From: Gemmatimonadaceae bacterium
Lineage (GTDB): Bacteria; Gemmatimonadota; Gemmatimonadetes; Gemmatimonadales; Gemmatimonadaceae
NCBI GenBank assembly: GCA_040902005.1
Contig: JBBDYA010000112.1
Span: 29,841 to 72,710, forward strand
Direction: 5' to 3'
DNA length: 42,870 nt
Made by a program: the position numbers and the translations under genes. Position 1 is the first letter of the stretch. The number at the start of each line of letters is the position of its first letter. The notes beneath the pieces are model-generated. The model saw only the letters and a list, made by a program, of their open reading frames with translations, searched no databases and was not told the DNA's origin. Of the stretch, positions 20,143-29,649 are shown one piece after another.

Positions 20143-21033
20143 ATGACGCGATTCCGTGTGTGGCTCCAGGCCGCGCGGCCGCTCACGCTCACCGCGGCGA
20201 TCGTCCCGGTCATCGTGGGAGCGGCGCTGGCCAGGGCGGAAACCGGAGCGTGGACCACCCGTTGGTGGGTGTTCGGACTCGTGCTGCTGGCGGCCGTGCT
20301 GATCCAGATCGGCACCAACTTCGTGAACGATGCGAAGGACTTCGAGCGCGGCACCGACACCGGCGAGCGGCTCGGTCCGCAGCGGGTAACGCAGGCCGGC
20401 CTGCTTTCCGGCGCGGCCGTGATGCGCGGCGCGTGGATCGCGTTCGCGCTCGCGATCGCCTGCGGCGTGCCGCTGGTGCTCGCGGGAGGCGTGCCGATTC
20501 TCGTCATCGGGCTCGCGTCGGTGATCGCGGCCTACGCGTACACCGGCGGTCCGTACCCGCTGGGGTACCACGGGTTCGGCGAGTTTTTCGTCATCCTGTT
20601 CTTTGGCGTGATCGCGGTGGGAGGCACGTACTTCCTGCTCGCCGGCGTGGTGAGCCGCGCCGCGCTGGTCGCCGGCCTCGCGGTCGGCTGCCTGTCGTCG
20701 GTGCTGCTGGCGGTGAACAACCTTCGGGACGAGCGCGGCGACCGCGTGAGCGGCAAGCGCACGCTCGTCGTGCGGTTCGGCCGCTCGTTCGGCGTCGCCG
20801 AGATCGGCGTGTTGTCGCTGCTTCCCTTTGCGCTGTCGGTCTACTGGTGGAATCAGGGATTTCCCGAGGCAGCGCTGCTCCCCCTCCTTGCACTCCCCAT
20901 CGCCGTCGGCATCGTGCGCCGGGCATCGCGGAACGACGGCGGCGCGCTGAACGGGGTGCTCAGGCTGGCCGCCGCGCTCCACGCCATCTATGGCATTCTC
21001 TTCACGCTCGGCGCATGGATGCGGGCCGCGTAG
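20143..21033 (+). CDS. menA: DHNA polyprenyltransferase
   Basis: AARPLTL, NFVNDAKDFERGTD, YTGGPYPLGY, NNLRDERGD...KRTL; multiple TM helices. Confidence 0.95.
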   Translation: MTRFRVWLQAARPLTLTAAIVPVIVGAALARAETGAWTTRWWVFGLVLLAAVLIQIGTNFVNDAKDFERGTDTGERLGPQRVTQAGLLSGAAVMRGAWIAFALAIACGVPLVLAGGVPILVIGLASVIAAYAYTGGPYPLGYHGFGEFFVILFFGVIAVGGTYFLLAGVVSRAALVAGLAVGCLSSVLLAVNNLRDERGDRVSGKRTLVVRFGRSFGVAEIGVLSLLPFALSVYWWNQGFPEAALLPLLALPIAVGIVRRASRNDGGALNGVLRLAAALHAIYGILFTLGAWMRAA

Positions 21034-22148
21034 TGGACTGGGAAGGCAGCGGGACGCACGTCCTGCTCAACCCGCGGCTGCCGGCCGGTGACGAACAGCA
21101 GCTGCGCCGGCTGGTGGCGGAGTCGCCCGCGCTGGACGCGCATGTGTGGCTCGCCGCGTCCGGCAGCAGCGGTGTGGTGCGCGTGGTGGCGCTGTCGAAA
21201 CTGGCGATGCTCGCGTCGGCCGCCGCGGTCAATCAGCAGGTCGCCTCGGACCGCCGCGACCGCTGGCTCTGCGTCCTTCCTGTGTTCCACGTGGGCGGGC
21301 TGGCGATCCATGCCCGGGCGCATCTCACTGGCGTTCCGGTGCTCAGCGCCGAGTGGAACGCGAGCGCGTTCGCGACGACGTGCGCGGAGGAACGCATCAC
21401 GCTCACGTCGCTGGTGCCGGCGCAGGTGCGCGACCTGGTGCGGGAGAAGCTGCGCGCGCCGCGGACGCTGCGCGCGATCTTCGTGGGAGGCGGACGTCTC
21501 GCTTCCGCGCTGCATGGCGACGCTCGACGGCTTGGCTGGACGCTGCTGCCCAGCTACGGGATGACGGAGTGTGCGTCGCAGGTCGCGACCGCCACGCTGG
21601 ATGATCCAGGCGCTGCCGAGCCGCCGCTGGTGCTCTTGCCGCACCTGCGCGCGCGCGCCACCGATGATGGGCGGCTCGCCTTCGCGGGATCGTCGCTGCT
21701 CACGGGCCACGCGTTCGAGCGCGCCGGCGCCGTCATCTTCGAGGACCCGAAGGAGGACGGATGGTTTCTGTCCGAGGACGTGGGCCGGCTCGTGGAGTCC
21801 GGTCCTCGTCCGCTGCTCGAGATCGAAGGGCGGTCGTCGGAGTTCCTGAAGGTCGGCGGCGAGTCCACCAGCCTGGCGCGGCTGGACGCGATCCTCGCCG
21901 AGGTGCTGCGCGCGCATCCGGATGCCGCCGACGCCGCGCTCGTCGCGATGCCCGACGAGCGGCTCGGGTGGGTGATCCACATGGCGGTGGTGCGATCGCA
22001 GGGCGTTGAGTCCATTCGCCGCGCGTTCGACGAGCGGGTGCTGCCCTTCGAGCGGGTGCGGCAGGTGTACGTCGTCGCGTCGATCCCGCGCGCTGCGCTG
22101 GGCAAGGTGCTGCGGCACGAACTGTCGGCGCTCGTGGCCAAGTCCTGA
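21015..22148 (+). CDS. menE: o-succinylbenzoate-CoA ligase (short AMP-binding enzyme)
   Basis: LPVFHVGG, SLVPAQ, SYGMTE, GRSSEFLKVGGE, PDERLG, LGKV; start ATG 21015 or GTG 21033. Confidence 0.88.
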   Translation: MDAGRVVDWEGSGTHVLLNPRLPAGDEQQLRRLVAESPALDAHVWLAASGSSGVVRVVALSKLAMLASAAAVNQQVASDRRDRWLCVLPVFHVGGLAIHARAHLTGVPVLSAEWNASAFATTCAEERITLTSLVPAQVRDLVREKLRAPRTLRAIFVGGGRLASALHGDARRLGWTLLPSYGMTECASQVATATLDDPGAAEPPLVLLPHLRARATDDGRLAFAGSSLLTGHAFERAGAVIFEDPKEDGWFLSEDVGRLVESGPRPLLEIEGRSSEFLKVGGESTSLARLDAILAEVLRAHPDAADAALVAMPDERLGWVIHMAVVRSQGVESIRRAFDERVLPFERVRQVYVVASIPRAALGKVLRHELSALVAKS

Positions 22149-22228
22149 AGCGACCGCGCCGTATCGGTGACTTGCCACGCCACGGTCCTCCAGCGAACCT
22201 TCTAGCCCTCCCCTGAACGCAGCGCGGC

Positions 22229-24058
22229 ATGGCGGCAACGAACGTTTCTGATCCACGCTACTACCATAAAGTCGTAGACTGCCAGTGGGCCTGCCCGGCC
22301 CACACCAACGTCCCCGGCTACCTGCGGCTCATAGCGCAGGGACGCTACGACGACTCGTACATGCTGAACCGCGAGTCGAACGTCTTTCCCGGCATCCTGG
22401 GACGCACCTGCGACCGCCCCTGCGAGCCGGCCTGCCGCCGCGGACGGGTGGAAGAGAAACCGGTCGCGATCTGCCGCCTGAAGCGCGTAGCCGCGGACCT
22501 CCGCGGCGACATCACCGACCGCCTCCCCAGAGCGCCCGCGCAGAAGAACGGCAAGCGGATCGCGTGCGTGGGCGCCGGCCCCGCGTCGCTCACCGTGGCC
22601 AACGACCTCCTGCCGCTGGGCTACGACGTCACGATCTTCGACCGGAATCCGAAGCCGGGCGGGTTGATGCGCATCAACATCCCGGCGTTCCGCCTGCCCG
22701 CGCAGGTGCTGGACGAGGAGTGCGGCTACATCATCGACATGGGCGCGACCATGAAGTACAACACGCCCGTCGAGAGCATGAAGTCCCTGCTGGACCAGCA
22801 ATGGGACGCGGTCTTCGTCGGCAGCGGCGCGCCCAAGGCCAAGGAGCTGGACATTCCCGGCCGCTGGGACGCCGCGGGGCACGTGCACATCGGCATCGAG
22901 TGGCTGGCCAACATCCACTTTGGCCACGTGGAGAAGATCGAGCCGCGCGTGCTGATCATCGGCGTGGGCAACACCGCGATGGACTGCTGCCGCACCGCCA
23001 AGCGCGTGGGCGCCACGGACGTGAAGGTCATCGCCCGCCGCGGACGCAAGCACTTCAAGGCGTCGCCGTGGGAGCTGGAAGACGCTGAAGAGGAGCTGGT
23101 GGAGATCATCGAGAACCATGCGCCACGACGGTTCGTGGTCGAGAACGGCCGGCTGACCGGAATGGAGTTCGACGTCCTCGAGTGGACGGAGGACGCCGCC
23201 GGCAAGCAGAAGAGCACGGTGCTGCGCACCGAGATCATTGCCTGCGACGCGGTGATCCTCGCGATCGGGCAGGACAACGCCTTCCCCTGGATCGAGCGCG
23301 ACATCGGGCTCGAGTTCGGCGAATGGGACATGCCCGTCGTGGACCGCCAGACATTCCAGAGCACGCGCGCCGGCGTCTTTTTCGGCGGCGACGCCGCGTG
23401 GGGACCCGAGAACATCATCTGGGCGGTGGCGCACGGACACCAGGCGGCGATTTCCATCCACGCGCTCTGCGAGGGGCGCAGCATCGCCGAGCGTCCACCG
23501 CATGGCATGACGCTGGTGAGCGCCAAGGTGGGGATGCACAGCTGGGGGTACGACAACGACTACGACACCGCGCTCCGCGCGAAGATGACGCACGAGGAGC
23601 TGACCAAGCGCTTCAGCCACATTGGCGTGGAAGTGGAGCTGGGATTCACGGCGGCGCAGACCGCGCTGGAGGTGCAGCGCTGCCTCAACTGCGACATCCA
23701 GACGCACTTCACGGCGCCGCTCTGCATCGAGTGCGACGCGTGCGTGGACGTGTGCCCCACGAACTGCCTGACGATCACCACCAACGGCTCGCCGATCGAC
23801 GATCTGCGCACCCGGCTGTCGGCGCCGGCGCTGAACCCGACCCAGGAGATCTACGTCTCCGACGCGCTGCCGCAGACGAAGCGCGTGATGGTGAAGGATG
23901 AGGACGTGTGCCTGCACTGCGGGCTCTGCGCCGAACGCTGCCCCACGGCCGCGTGGGACATGCGCACGTTCGACCTGCTGATTCCGTACGCCGGACAGAG
24001 CGCCGCGCGGAGCCTTCCTACCTTGCCGGCGACTCCTCGCGCCGCGGGAGTCGCCTGA
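22229..24058 (+). CDS. GltD/NfnB-like NAD(P)H-FAD oxidoreductase with C-terminal 2[4Fe-4S] ferredoxin domain
   Basis: CQWACPAH, GRTCDRPCEPAC, VGAGPAS, GVGNTAMD, CIECDACVDVCP, CLHCGLCAERCP. Confidence 0.92.
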   Translation: MAATNVSDPRYYHKVVDCQWACPAHTNVPGYLRLIAQGRYDDSYMLNRESNVFPGILGRTCDRPCEPACRRGRVEEKPVAICRLKRVAADLRGDITDRLPRAPAQKNGKRIACVGAGPASLTVANDLLPLGYDVTIFDRNPKPGGLMRINIPAFRLPAQVLDEECGYIIDMGATMKYNTPVESMKSLLDQQWDAVFVGSGAPKAKELDIPGRWDAAGHVHIGIEWLANIHFGHVEKIEPRVLIIGVGNTAMDCCRTAKRVGATDVKVIARRGRKHFKASPWELEDAEEELVEIIENHAPRRFVVENGRLTGMEFDVLEWTEDAAGKQKSTVLRTEIIACDAVILAIGQDNAFPWIERDIGLEFGEWDMPVVDRQTFQSTRAGVFFGGDAAWGPENIIWAVAHGHQAAISIHALCEGRSIAERPPHGMTLVSAKVGMHSWGYDNDYDTALRAKMTHEELTKRFSHIGVEVELGFTAAQTALEVQRCLNCDIQTHFTAPLCIECDACVDVCPTNCLTITTNGSPIDDLRTRLSAPALNPTQEIYVSDALPQTKRVMVKDEDVCLHCGLCAERCPTAAWDMRTFDLLIPYAGQSAARSLPTLPATPRAAGVA

Positions 24059-24080
24059 CGGTCGACTTTCGGCCCGTCAG
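24028..24080. terminator. tandem hairpins at convergent gene junction
   Basis: GGCGACTCC/GGAGTCGCC (24028-24055) and CTGACGG/CCGTCAG (24055-24080); no long U-tract. Confidence 0.5.
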
Positions 24081-26575
24081 CGACGGCGAGTGAGTCCCTC
24101 GGCCAGCCAGATGTCCCCGCCATCTGGACGGAAGCGGTCGAACAGCAGCCATCGGCCGTCGGGCGAAAGGGACGGGTAGTCGATGCGTACGTCGGCGTCG
24201 TCGAACGCGAACAACCTCTCCTGCTTGCCGTCGCTCAGGGTCCACACGTACAACACGTTGTGTCCCATCACATCGATCACCCGCGACGCGTCAGAGGTGA
24301 ACGAGATGTGGGCGCCGCCGCTCTTCGACAGGAGGTCCGGCTCGCCTCCGTCGGGACGCACGCGCATGAGCGCACCGGCGCCGGGGTTGCGGAAGTAGAT
24401 CCACCCGTCGGGCCGCCAGAGCTGGAAGTGGCCGCTCGAGCCAACGGTCGTGAGCTGCCGGCGCGCCGATCCGTCGGCACGCACGATCCAGAGTTCCAGT
24501 CGCCCCGACGAATCCGACTGATACACCACCTCGCGCCCGTCAGGCGAAAAGAAGGGATTGATGTCGAGCGACGCGCCCGACGTCAGCTGAGCGAGCTGGC
24601 CCGTTGCGACGTCGACTTTCCAGATGTCCGCGCTTCCGGCGTGCGACGAGAAGAACACCAGCTCGCGTCCGTCGGGCGACCACGAACCGCGGCTGTCCTC
24701 CCGACTCGACGCGATGACCGAAACAGGCGGGCCCGCCGGCTTGCCGTCCGCCGTCAGCGGCAGGCGCCAGAGATCGGCGTTCTGGTGCAGCGTCGCGTAT
24801 GCCAGCCTGCTGCCATCGGGCGCGACGGCGATTTGTACGTCCTGCCCTGCTCCGTTGGTCAGCTGCTGGGGCGGCCCCGTCGGTCTCCCGTCCTCACCGA
24901 CGCCAATACGCCATACGTTGATGCCGCCGCCGCGGTCGGACGAGAAGTAGATGGATTTGCCATCCGCTCCCCACGCGGGATTCATTTCCCGATAGTTGTC
25001 GTTCGTGACTGCCGCGGCAACCCGCGAGGTCACGTCCATAATGGAGAGATCGAACTTGGTGCGCTCGATGCGCTGGTACACCAGCCGCCGTCCATCGGGA
25101 GACCATCGTGGGTGGATGTGATACACGGCCTCCGATTCCTCGGAGGTGAGCGGCTGCGGGTTGAAGCCGCGTTCGTCGGTGATCCAGATGCGCCGCGGCC
25201 CGGCCCACGAGGCGTCGACGGCGATGCGTTTGCCGTCGGGGGACAGCGACGGATAGAAGGCGTTCCCGATCAGACGCGACTCGTGGCCGGTCTCGACATC
25301 CACGGCCCAGACATCGCCCGCGCTGCCTTCGTACATGCTGAACGTTTCACCCACTTCTACCTTGCGGTTCGGCTCGCGTCCGCGGACGAACAGGATGCGC
25401 GTGCCGGCGGGCGCCCAGGTAGCGTGCATGTCATCGAAATTACCGCGAGTCACCTGGCGCTCGGGGCCTCCGCCGAGTGGCCTGACGAAGAGTTTGCGGA
25501 CGCCGCCGACGTCGGCGGAATACACGACGGATTGGCCGTCGGGCGACCACGCCGGGAACTCTTCGATCCCCTCCGCGGCCGTGAGTTGCGTGAGCTTCGG
25601 CACCAGCAGGGCCGCGTCGCCGGCGGCCGGTGCCATGCGCCACACCAGCAAGGCGATGAGGACGGCTACGCCGATGCCCGCGCCCGCGAGCAGCGCCATA
25701 TGTGGCGATCGCGCACGAACGCCGCTGCGCTCCATCGCGGCATCGTGCAGCTCCACGCGCGCGTCGGCGATGTCGTGCAGCCGCTCGTTGCGATCTTTCT
25801 TGAGACACCGTGCGACGAGCCTGCGGATCGGCACCGGTGTGTTGCCAGGCAGTGCAGACCACTGTGGTTCACGGTGCAGGACGGCGTCGGCCAGGTGCGC
25901 GTATGTCGCGCCCATGAACGCCGGCTGGCCGGAGAGCATCTCGAAGAGCAGACACCCGAACGCCCAGATGTCGGTGCGGCGGTCGATCGTTTCGCCGTTG
26001 ATCTGTTCGGGACTCATGTACTGTGGGGTGCCGACCACGGCGCCCGCGCGCGTCAGGTCCAAGGCATGTGCGTCGGCTTCCTCCGGCGCACCCTCCACCC
26101 GATGCTTGGCGATCCCGAAGTCGAGCAGCTTGACGTGCCCGTCCGTGGTGACTTTCACGTTGGACGGCTTCAGGTCGCGATGGATGATTCCCGCGCCGTG
26201 CGCCGCCTCGAGCGCCGACGCGACTTCTTCGGTGATGCGAAGCGTGCGCTCGAGTGACAGCGGCCCGTCCCGCAGCAGCGTGTCGAGCGTCTCGCCCCTC
26301 ACCAGCTCGAGGACCAGCACGCGCTCGCCGGCATGCTCCTCGATCCCGTAGATGGCCGCGATGTTCGGTTGGTTCAGCGCCGCGACGAACCGCGCCTCGC
26401 GCTCGAAGCGCGCCAGCGCGCCCGAATCCTGCGACATATGCTCCGGCAGCGCCTTGATGGCCACGTCGCGTCCCAAGCGCGGGTCGTGGGCACGATAGAC
26501 GTTGCCCATTCCGCCGGCACCAATTTTCTCGATGACCTCGTAAACGCCGATGCGCGTGCCGGCCGTGATCTGCAT
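24077..26575 (-). CDS. Hanks-type Ser/Thr protein kinase with TM helix and TolB-like (PD40) beta-propeller
   Basis: IGAGGMG, VAIK, HRDLKPSN, DFG, GTPQYMSPE; TM helix; repeated P(A/R)WSPDG units. Confidence 0.95.
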   Translation of the reverse strand: MQITAGTRIGVYEVIEKIGAGGMGNVYRAHDPRLGRDVAIKALPEHMSQDSGALARFEREARFVAALNQPNIAAIYGIEEHAGERVLVLELVRGETLDTLLRDGPLSLERTLRITEEVASALEAAHGAGIIHRDLKPSNVKVTTDGHVKLLDFGIAKHRVEGAPEEADAHALDLTRAGAVVGTPQYMSPEQINGETIDRRTDIWAFGCLLFEMLSGQPAFMGATYAHLADAVLHREPQWSALPGNTPVPIRRLVARCLKKDRNERLHDIADARVELHDAAMERSGVRARSPHMALLAGAGIGVAVLIALLVWRMAPAAGDAALLVPKLTQLTAAEGIEEFPAWSPDGQSVVYSADVGGVRKLFVRPLGGGPERQVTRGNFDDMHATWAPAGTRILFVRGREPNRKVEVGETFSMYEGSAGDVWAVDVETGHESRLIGNAFYPSLSPDGKRIAVDASWAGPRRIWITDERGFNPQPLTSEESEAVYHIHPRWSPDGRRLVYQRIERTKFDLSIMDVTSRVAAAVTNDNYREMNPAWGADGKSIYFSSDRGGGINVWRIGVGEDGRPTGPPQQLTNGAGQDVQIAVAPDGSRLAYATLHQNADLWRLPLTADGKPAGPPVSVIASSREDSRGSWSPDGRELVFFSSHAGSADIWKVDVATGQLAQLTSGASLDINPFFSPDGREVVYQSDSSGRLELWIVRADGSARRQLTTVGSSGHFQLWRPDGWIYFRNPGAGALMRVRPDGGEPDLLSKSGGAHISFTSDASRVIDVMGHNVLYVWTLSDGKQERLFAFDDADVRIDYPSLSPDGRWLLFDRFRPDGGDIWLAEGLTRRR

Positions 26576-26722
26576 TCGGAGCGTCGTTGGAGTGAGAGTT
26601 TATGCTACGGGTGATGCAGGCAGCCGGCAAGCGAGTAGGCAGGAGGATAGTTTTCGACATTAGCCAGTTCAGCCTTTCGCCGCCCGCGCCGGACGTTATG
26701 GTATGGGACAAAGGGAGCCCAG

Positions 26723-28522
26723 ATGTCTTCCGTAAACGACTTCGCCTTCAAGATGGGGACGGTGAACGGCACCGGCTCCGCCAGCGCCAACGCGCTGTTG
26801 ATGCAGGCGATCTTCCGGATGGGAATCCCGGTCACGGGAAAGAACATCTTCCCGTCAAACATCCAGGGGCTGCCCACCTGGTACGAGATCCGCGTCAGCA
26901 AGGAGGGCTACACGGCGCGTCCCTCCGAGGTGGACCTGGTGGTGGCGCTCAATCCGGCGACGTACGCGAAGGACGTCGCCACCGTACGCCCCGGCGGCTT
27001 CCTGCTGTACGACTCGTCCTGGCCGCTGGACCCGGACCTGGTGCGCGAGGGAATCACGATCCTGGGGGTACCGTTCGGCCGGATGTGCGTGGACGCGTTC
27101 GAGAAGGACCGCGACCGCACGCTGCTGCGCAACATCGCGTACGCCGGCGCGCTGGCCGCGCTGCTGCGCATCGACATGGACGTCGTGGAAGCAATGCTCA
27201 ACGAGAAGTTCGGGAAGAAGCAGCGATTGCTGGAGGCGAACCACACCGCCATCCGGCTCGGTTACGACTACGCGACGGCGAACTTTGCCTGCCCGCTGCC
27301 CTTCCACCTGGAGCGCATGGACGCCACCAGCGGCCACGTCCTGATGGACGGCAACACCGCCTGCGCGCTCGGCGCCGTGTACGCCGGCGCCACGGTGGGA
27401 GCGTGGTACCCGATCACACCGGCCACGGCGCTGATGGAGGCGTTCACCGCGTTCTGTCACCAGTTCCGCGTGGACAAGGACACGGGCAGGCACAACTTCG
27501 CCGTGCTCCAGGCGGAGGACGAGCTGTCCGCCGCGGGCATCACGATCGGCGCGGGATGGGCGGGCGCGCGCGCGTTCACCAACACGTCCGGCCCCGGCAT
27601 CTCGCTGATGCAGGAGTTCATCGGGCTGGCGTACTACACGGACATCCCCGCGGTGTTCTTCGACATCCAGCGCTGCGGTCCGGCCACGGGCATGCCCACG
27701 CGCACGCAGCAGGCGGATCTCATCTCGCTGGCCTACGCGTCGCATGGCGACACCAAGCACCTGATCCTCTTTCCGGCGAACCCGCACGAGTGTTTCGAGC
27801 TGAGCGTGCAGGCGTTCGACCTGGCGGAGCGGTTCCAGACGCCGGTGTTCGTGGCGTCGGACCTGGACATCGGGATGAACGACTGGATGATCCCGCGCCT
27901 CACGTGGGACGACGCGTATCGTCCCGATCGGGGCAAGGTGCTGGACGCGGAGGCGCTGGCGAAGTTGCCGAAGTTCGCGCGCTATGTGGACGAGGACGGG
28001 AGCGGCGTGGCCGCGCGCACACTGCCCGGCGTGGGCGGCAAGGGGGCGTACTTCGTGCGCGGCTCCGGGCACGACAAGAACGCCGCGTATACCGAGGACT
28101 CGGACGCGTACCAGGAAGTGGTGGATCGTCTCACGCGCAAGTTCGCGAACGCGGCCCGGGCGATGCCCGCGCCCGTGTTCCACCTGATGCCGGGTGCGGA
28201 GATCGGCCTGGTGACGATCGGCGGCTGCGACGCCGCGGTGCGCGAGGCGGCGGACCTGCTGCGCGCGCAGGGCATTCCGGTGGACGTCATGCGCATTCGC
28301 GGCTTCCCCTTCGGCGAGGAGGTGCGCGCGTTCATCGACCGGCACGAGCACGTCTTCGTGATCGAGCAGAATCGCGACGCACAGCTCCGGTCGCTCATTA
28401 TGATCGAGCTGGGCGTGCCGCGCGACGACATGAACCCGATCCTGGACTACGGCGGCATGCCGCTCACGGCGAAGGTGGTGGTGAACGCGGTCGCGAACCA
28501 CCTGACCGGAGTGCCCGCATGA
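26723..28522 (+). CDS. korA: 2-oxoacid:acceptor oxidoreductase subunit alpha
   Basis: GGAG RBS; NIQGLPTWYE, YPITP, QAEDELSA, TSGPGISLM, QRCGPATGMPTR. Confidence 0.93.
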   Translation: MSSVNDFAFKMGTVNGTGSASANALLMQAIFRMGIPVTGKNIFPSNIQGLPTWYEIRVSKEGYTARPSEVDLVVALNPATYAKDVATVRPGGFLLYDSSWPLDPDLVREGITILGVPFGRMCVDAFEKDRDRTLLRNIAYAGALAALLRIDMDVVEAMLNEKFGKKQRLLEANHTAIRLGYDYATANFACPLPFHLERMDATSGHVLMDGNTACALGAVYAGATVGAWYPITPATALMEAFTAFCHQFRVDKDTGRHNFAVLQAEDELSAAGITIGAGWAGARAFTNTSGPGISLMQEFIGLAYYTDIPAVFFDIQRCGPATGMPTRTQQADLISLAYASHGDTKHLILFPANPHECFELSVQAFDLAERFQTPVFVASDLDIGMNDWMIPRLTWDDAYRPDRGKVLDAEALAKLPKFARYVDEDGSGVAARTLPGVGGKGAYFVRGSGHDKNAAYTEDSDAYQEVVDRLTRKFANAARAMPAPVFHLMPGAEIGLVTIGGCDAAVREAADLLRAQGIPVDVMRIRGFPFGEEVRAFIDRHEHVFVIEQNRDAQLRSLIMIELGVPRDDMNPILDYGGMPLTAKVVVNAVANHLTGVPA

Positions 28523-29574
28523 CGTCCATCACGAAGCCCCCGGTCAAGCATCCCGGCGCGCGCACGAACGAGCTGGGGCTCACGCTGCGCGACTACGAGG
28601 GGTCCATGTCCACGCTGTGCGCCGGCTGCGGTCACGACTCGGTGACCGCGGCGCTGGTGCAGGCCGCGTGGGAGCTGGCGCTGCCGCCGCACATGGCGGC
28701 GAAGATGAGCGGCATCGGCTGCTCGTCCAAGACCACCGCATACTTCATGAAGCAATCGCACGGGTTCAACTCCGTGCACGGGCGCATGCCGTCGGTTACG
28801 TCCGGCGCGTCGGCCGCGAACCGCACGCTCGTCTCCATCGGCGTCTCCGGCGACGGCGACTCGCTCTCCATCGGCCTGGGCCAGCTGAGCCACGCGATCC
28901 GGCGCAACGTGAACATGCTCTACGTGCTGGAGAACAACGGCGTGTACGGGCTCACCAAGGGGCAGTTCTCCGCGTCGGCGGACGTGGGCTCGAAGTCCAA
29001 GAAGGGGGAGGCCAACGTACAGTCCCCGATCGACCCGGTGCTGCTCGCGCTCACGCTCGGCGCCACGTTCGTCGCGCGCAGCTTCTCGGGCGACAAGAAG
29101 CAGCTCGTCCCCATCCTCAAGGCGGGTATTCGACACAAGGGATTCGCACTGGTGGACGTCATCTCGCCCTGCGTGACGTTCAACGATCACGAGGGCAGCA
29201 CCAAGAGCTACGCGTACACGCGGCAGCACGAGGTGGAGGCGGTGACGACGGACTTCGTGCCGCTGCGCCGCGAGATCACCATGCCGGAGACGGACACCGC
29301 CATGGCCGTGGTGCAGATGCACGACGGCAGCAGCGTGCGGCTGCGGAGCACGTCGGGCGGGTACGATCCCACCGACCGCGCGTCGGCATACGCCCACGTG
29401 CGCGCCTGCCAGGCGCGCGGCGAGATCGCCACCGGGCTGCTCTTCGTGGACCAGGGCGGCCACGACATGTGCGACGGGCTCGCGCTGCCGGACCAGGCGC
29501 TGGTGGACGTGCCGTACGACCGGCTCTGTCCGGGCGGCAAGGCGATGGAGCGATTGATGGAGAGGTACCGATAG
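28519..29574 (+). CDS. korB: 2-oxoacid:ferredoxin oxidoreductase subunit beta
   Basis: ATGA overlap; CAGCGH, SGIGCSSK, HGR, GDGD...NNGVYGLTKGQ TPP motif, SPCVTFN. Confidence 0.93.
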   Translation: MTSITKPPVKHPGARTNELGLTLRDYEGSMSTLCAGCGHDSVTAALVQAAWELALPPHMAAKMSGIGCSSKTTAYFMKQSHGFNSVHGRMPSVTSGASAANRTLVSIGVSGDGDSLSIGLGQLSHAIRRNVNMLYVLENNGVYGLTKGQFSASADVGSKSKKGEANVQSPIDPVLLALTLGATFVARSFSGDKKQLVPILKAGIRHKGFALVDVISPCVTFNDHEGSTKSYAYTRQHEVEAVTTDFVPLRREITMPETDTAMAVVQMHDGSSVRLRSTSGGYDPTDRASAYAHVRACQARGEIATGLLFVDQGGHDMCDGLALPDQALVDVPYDRLCPGGKAMERLMERYR

Positions 29575-29575
29575 G

Positions 29576-29631
29576 AGGAACTAGGAACTAGGAACTAGGA
29601 ACTAGGAACTAGGAACTAGGAACTAGGAACT
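29576..29631. repeat. (AGGAACT)8 perfect tandem heptamer
   Basis: Eight exact units between the korB stop and the next gene, then degenerate AGCAAC. Confidence 0.97.
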
Positions 29632-29649
29632 AGCAACGAGGGATGAGCG

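Noticed and set aside
20160..21014. N-terminal extension of MenE as a hidden MenC fusion
   Set aside because: It is off-frame translation of menA, with no enolase-superfamily motifs.
26602..29574. 990-aa ORF suggesting a giant fusion
   Set aside because: The first ~640 aa are Arg/Gly-rich off-frame shadow of korA; the real korB starts at ATG 28519.
29576..29631. CRISPR or telomere-like array
   Set aside because: 7-bp units with no spacers and no cas genes; internal intergenic position.
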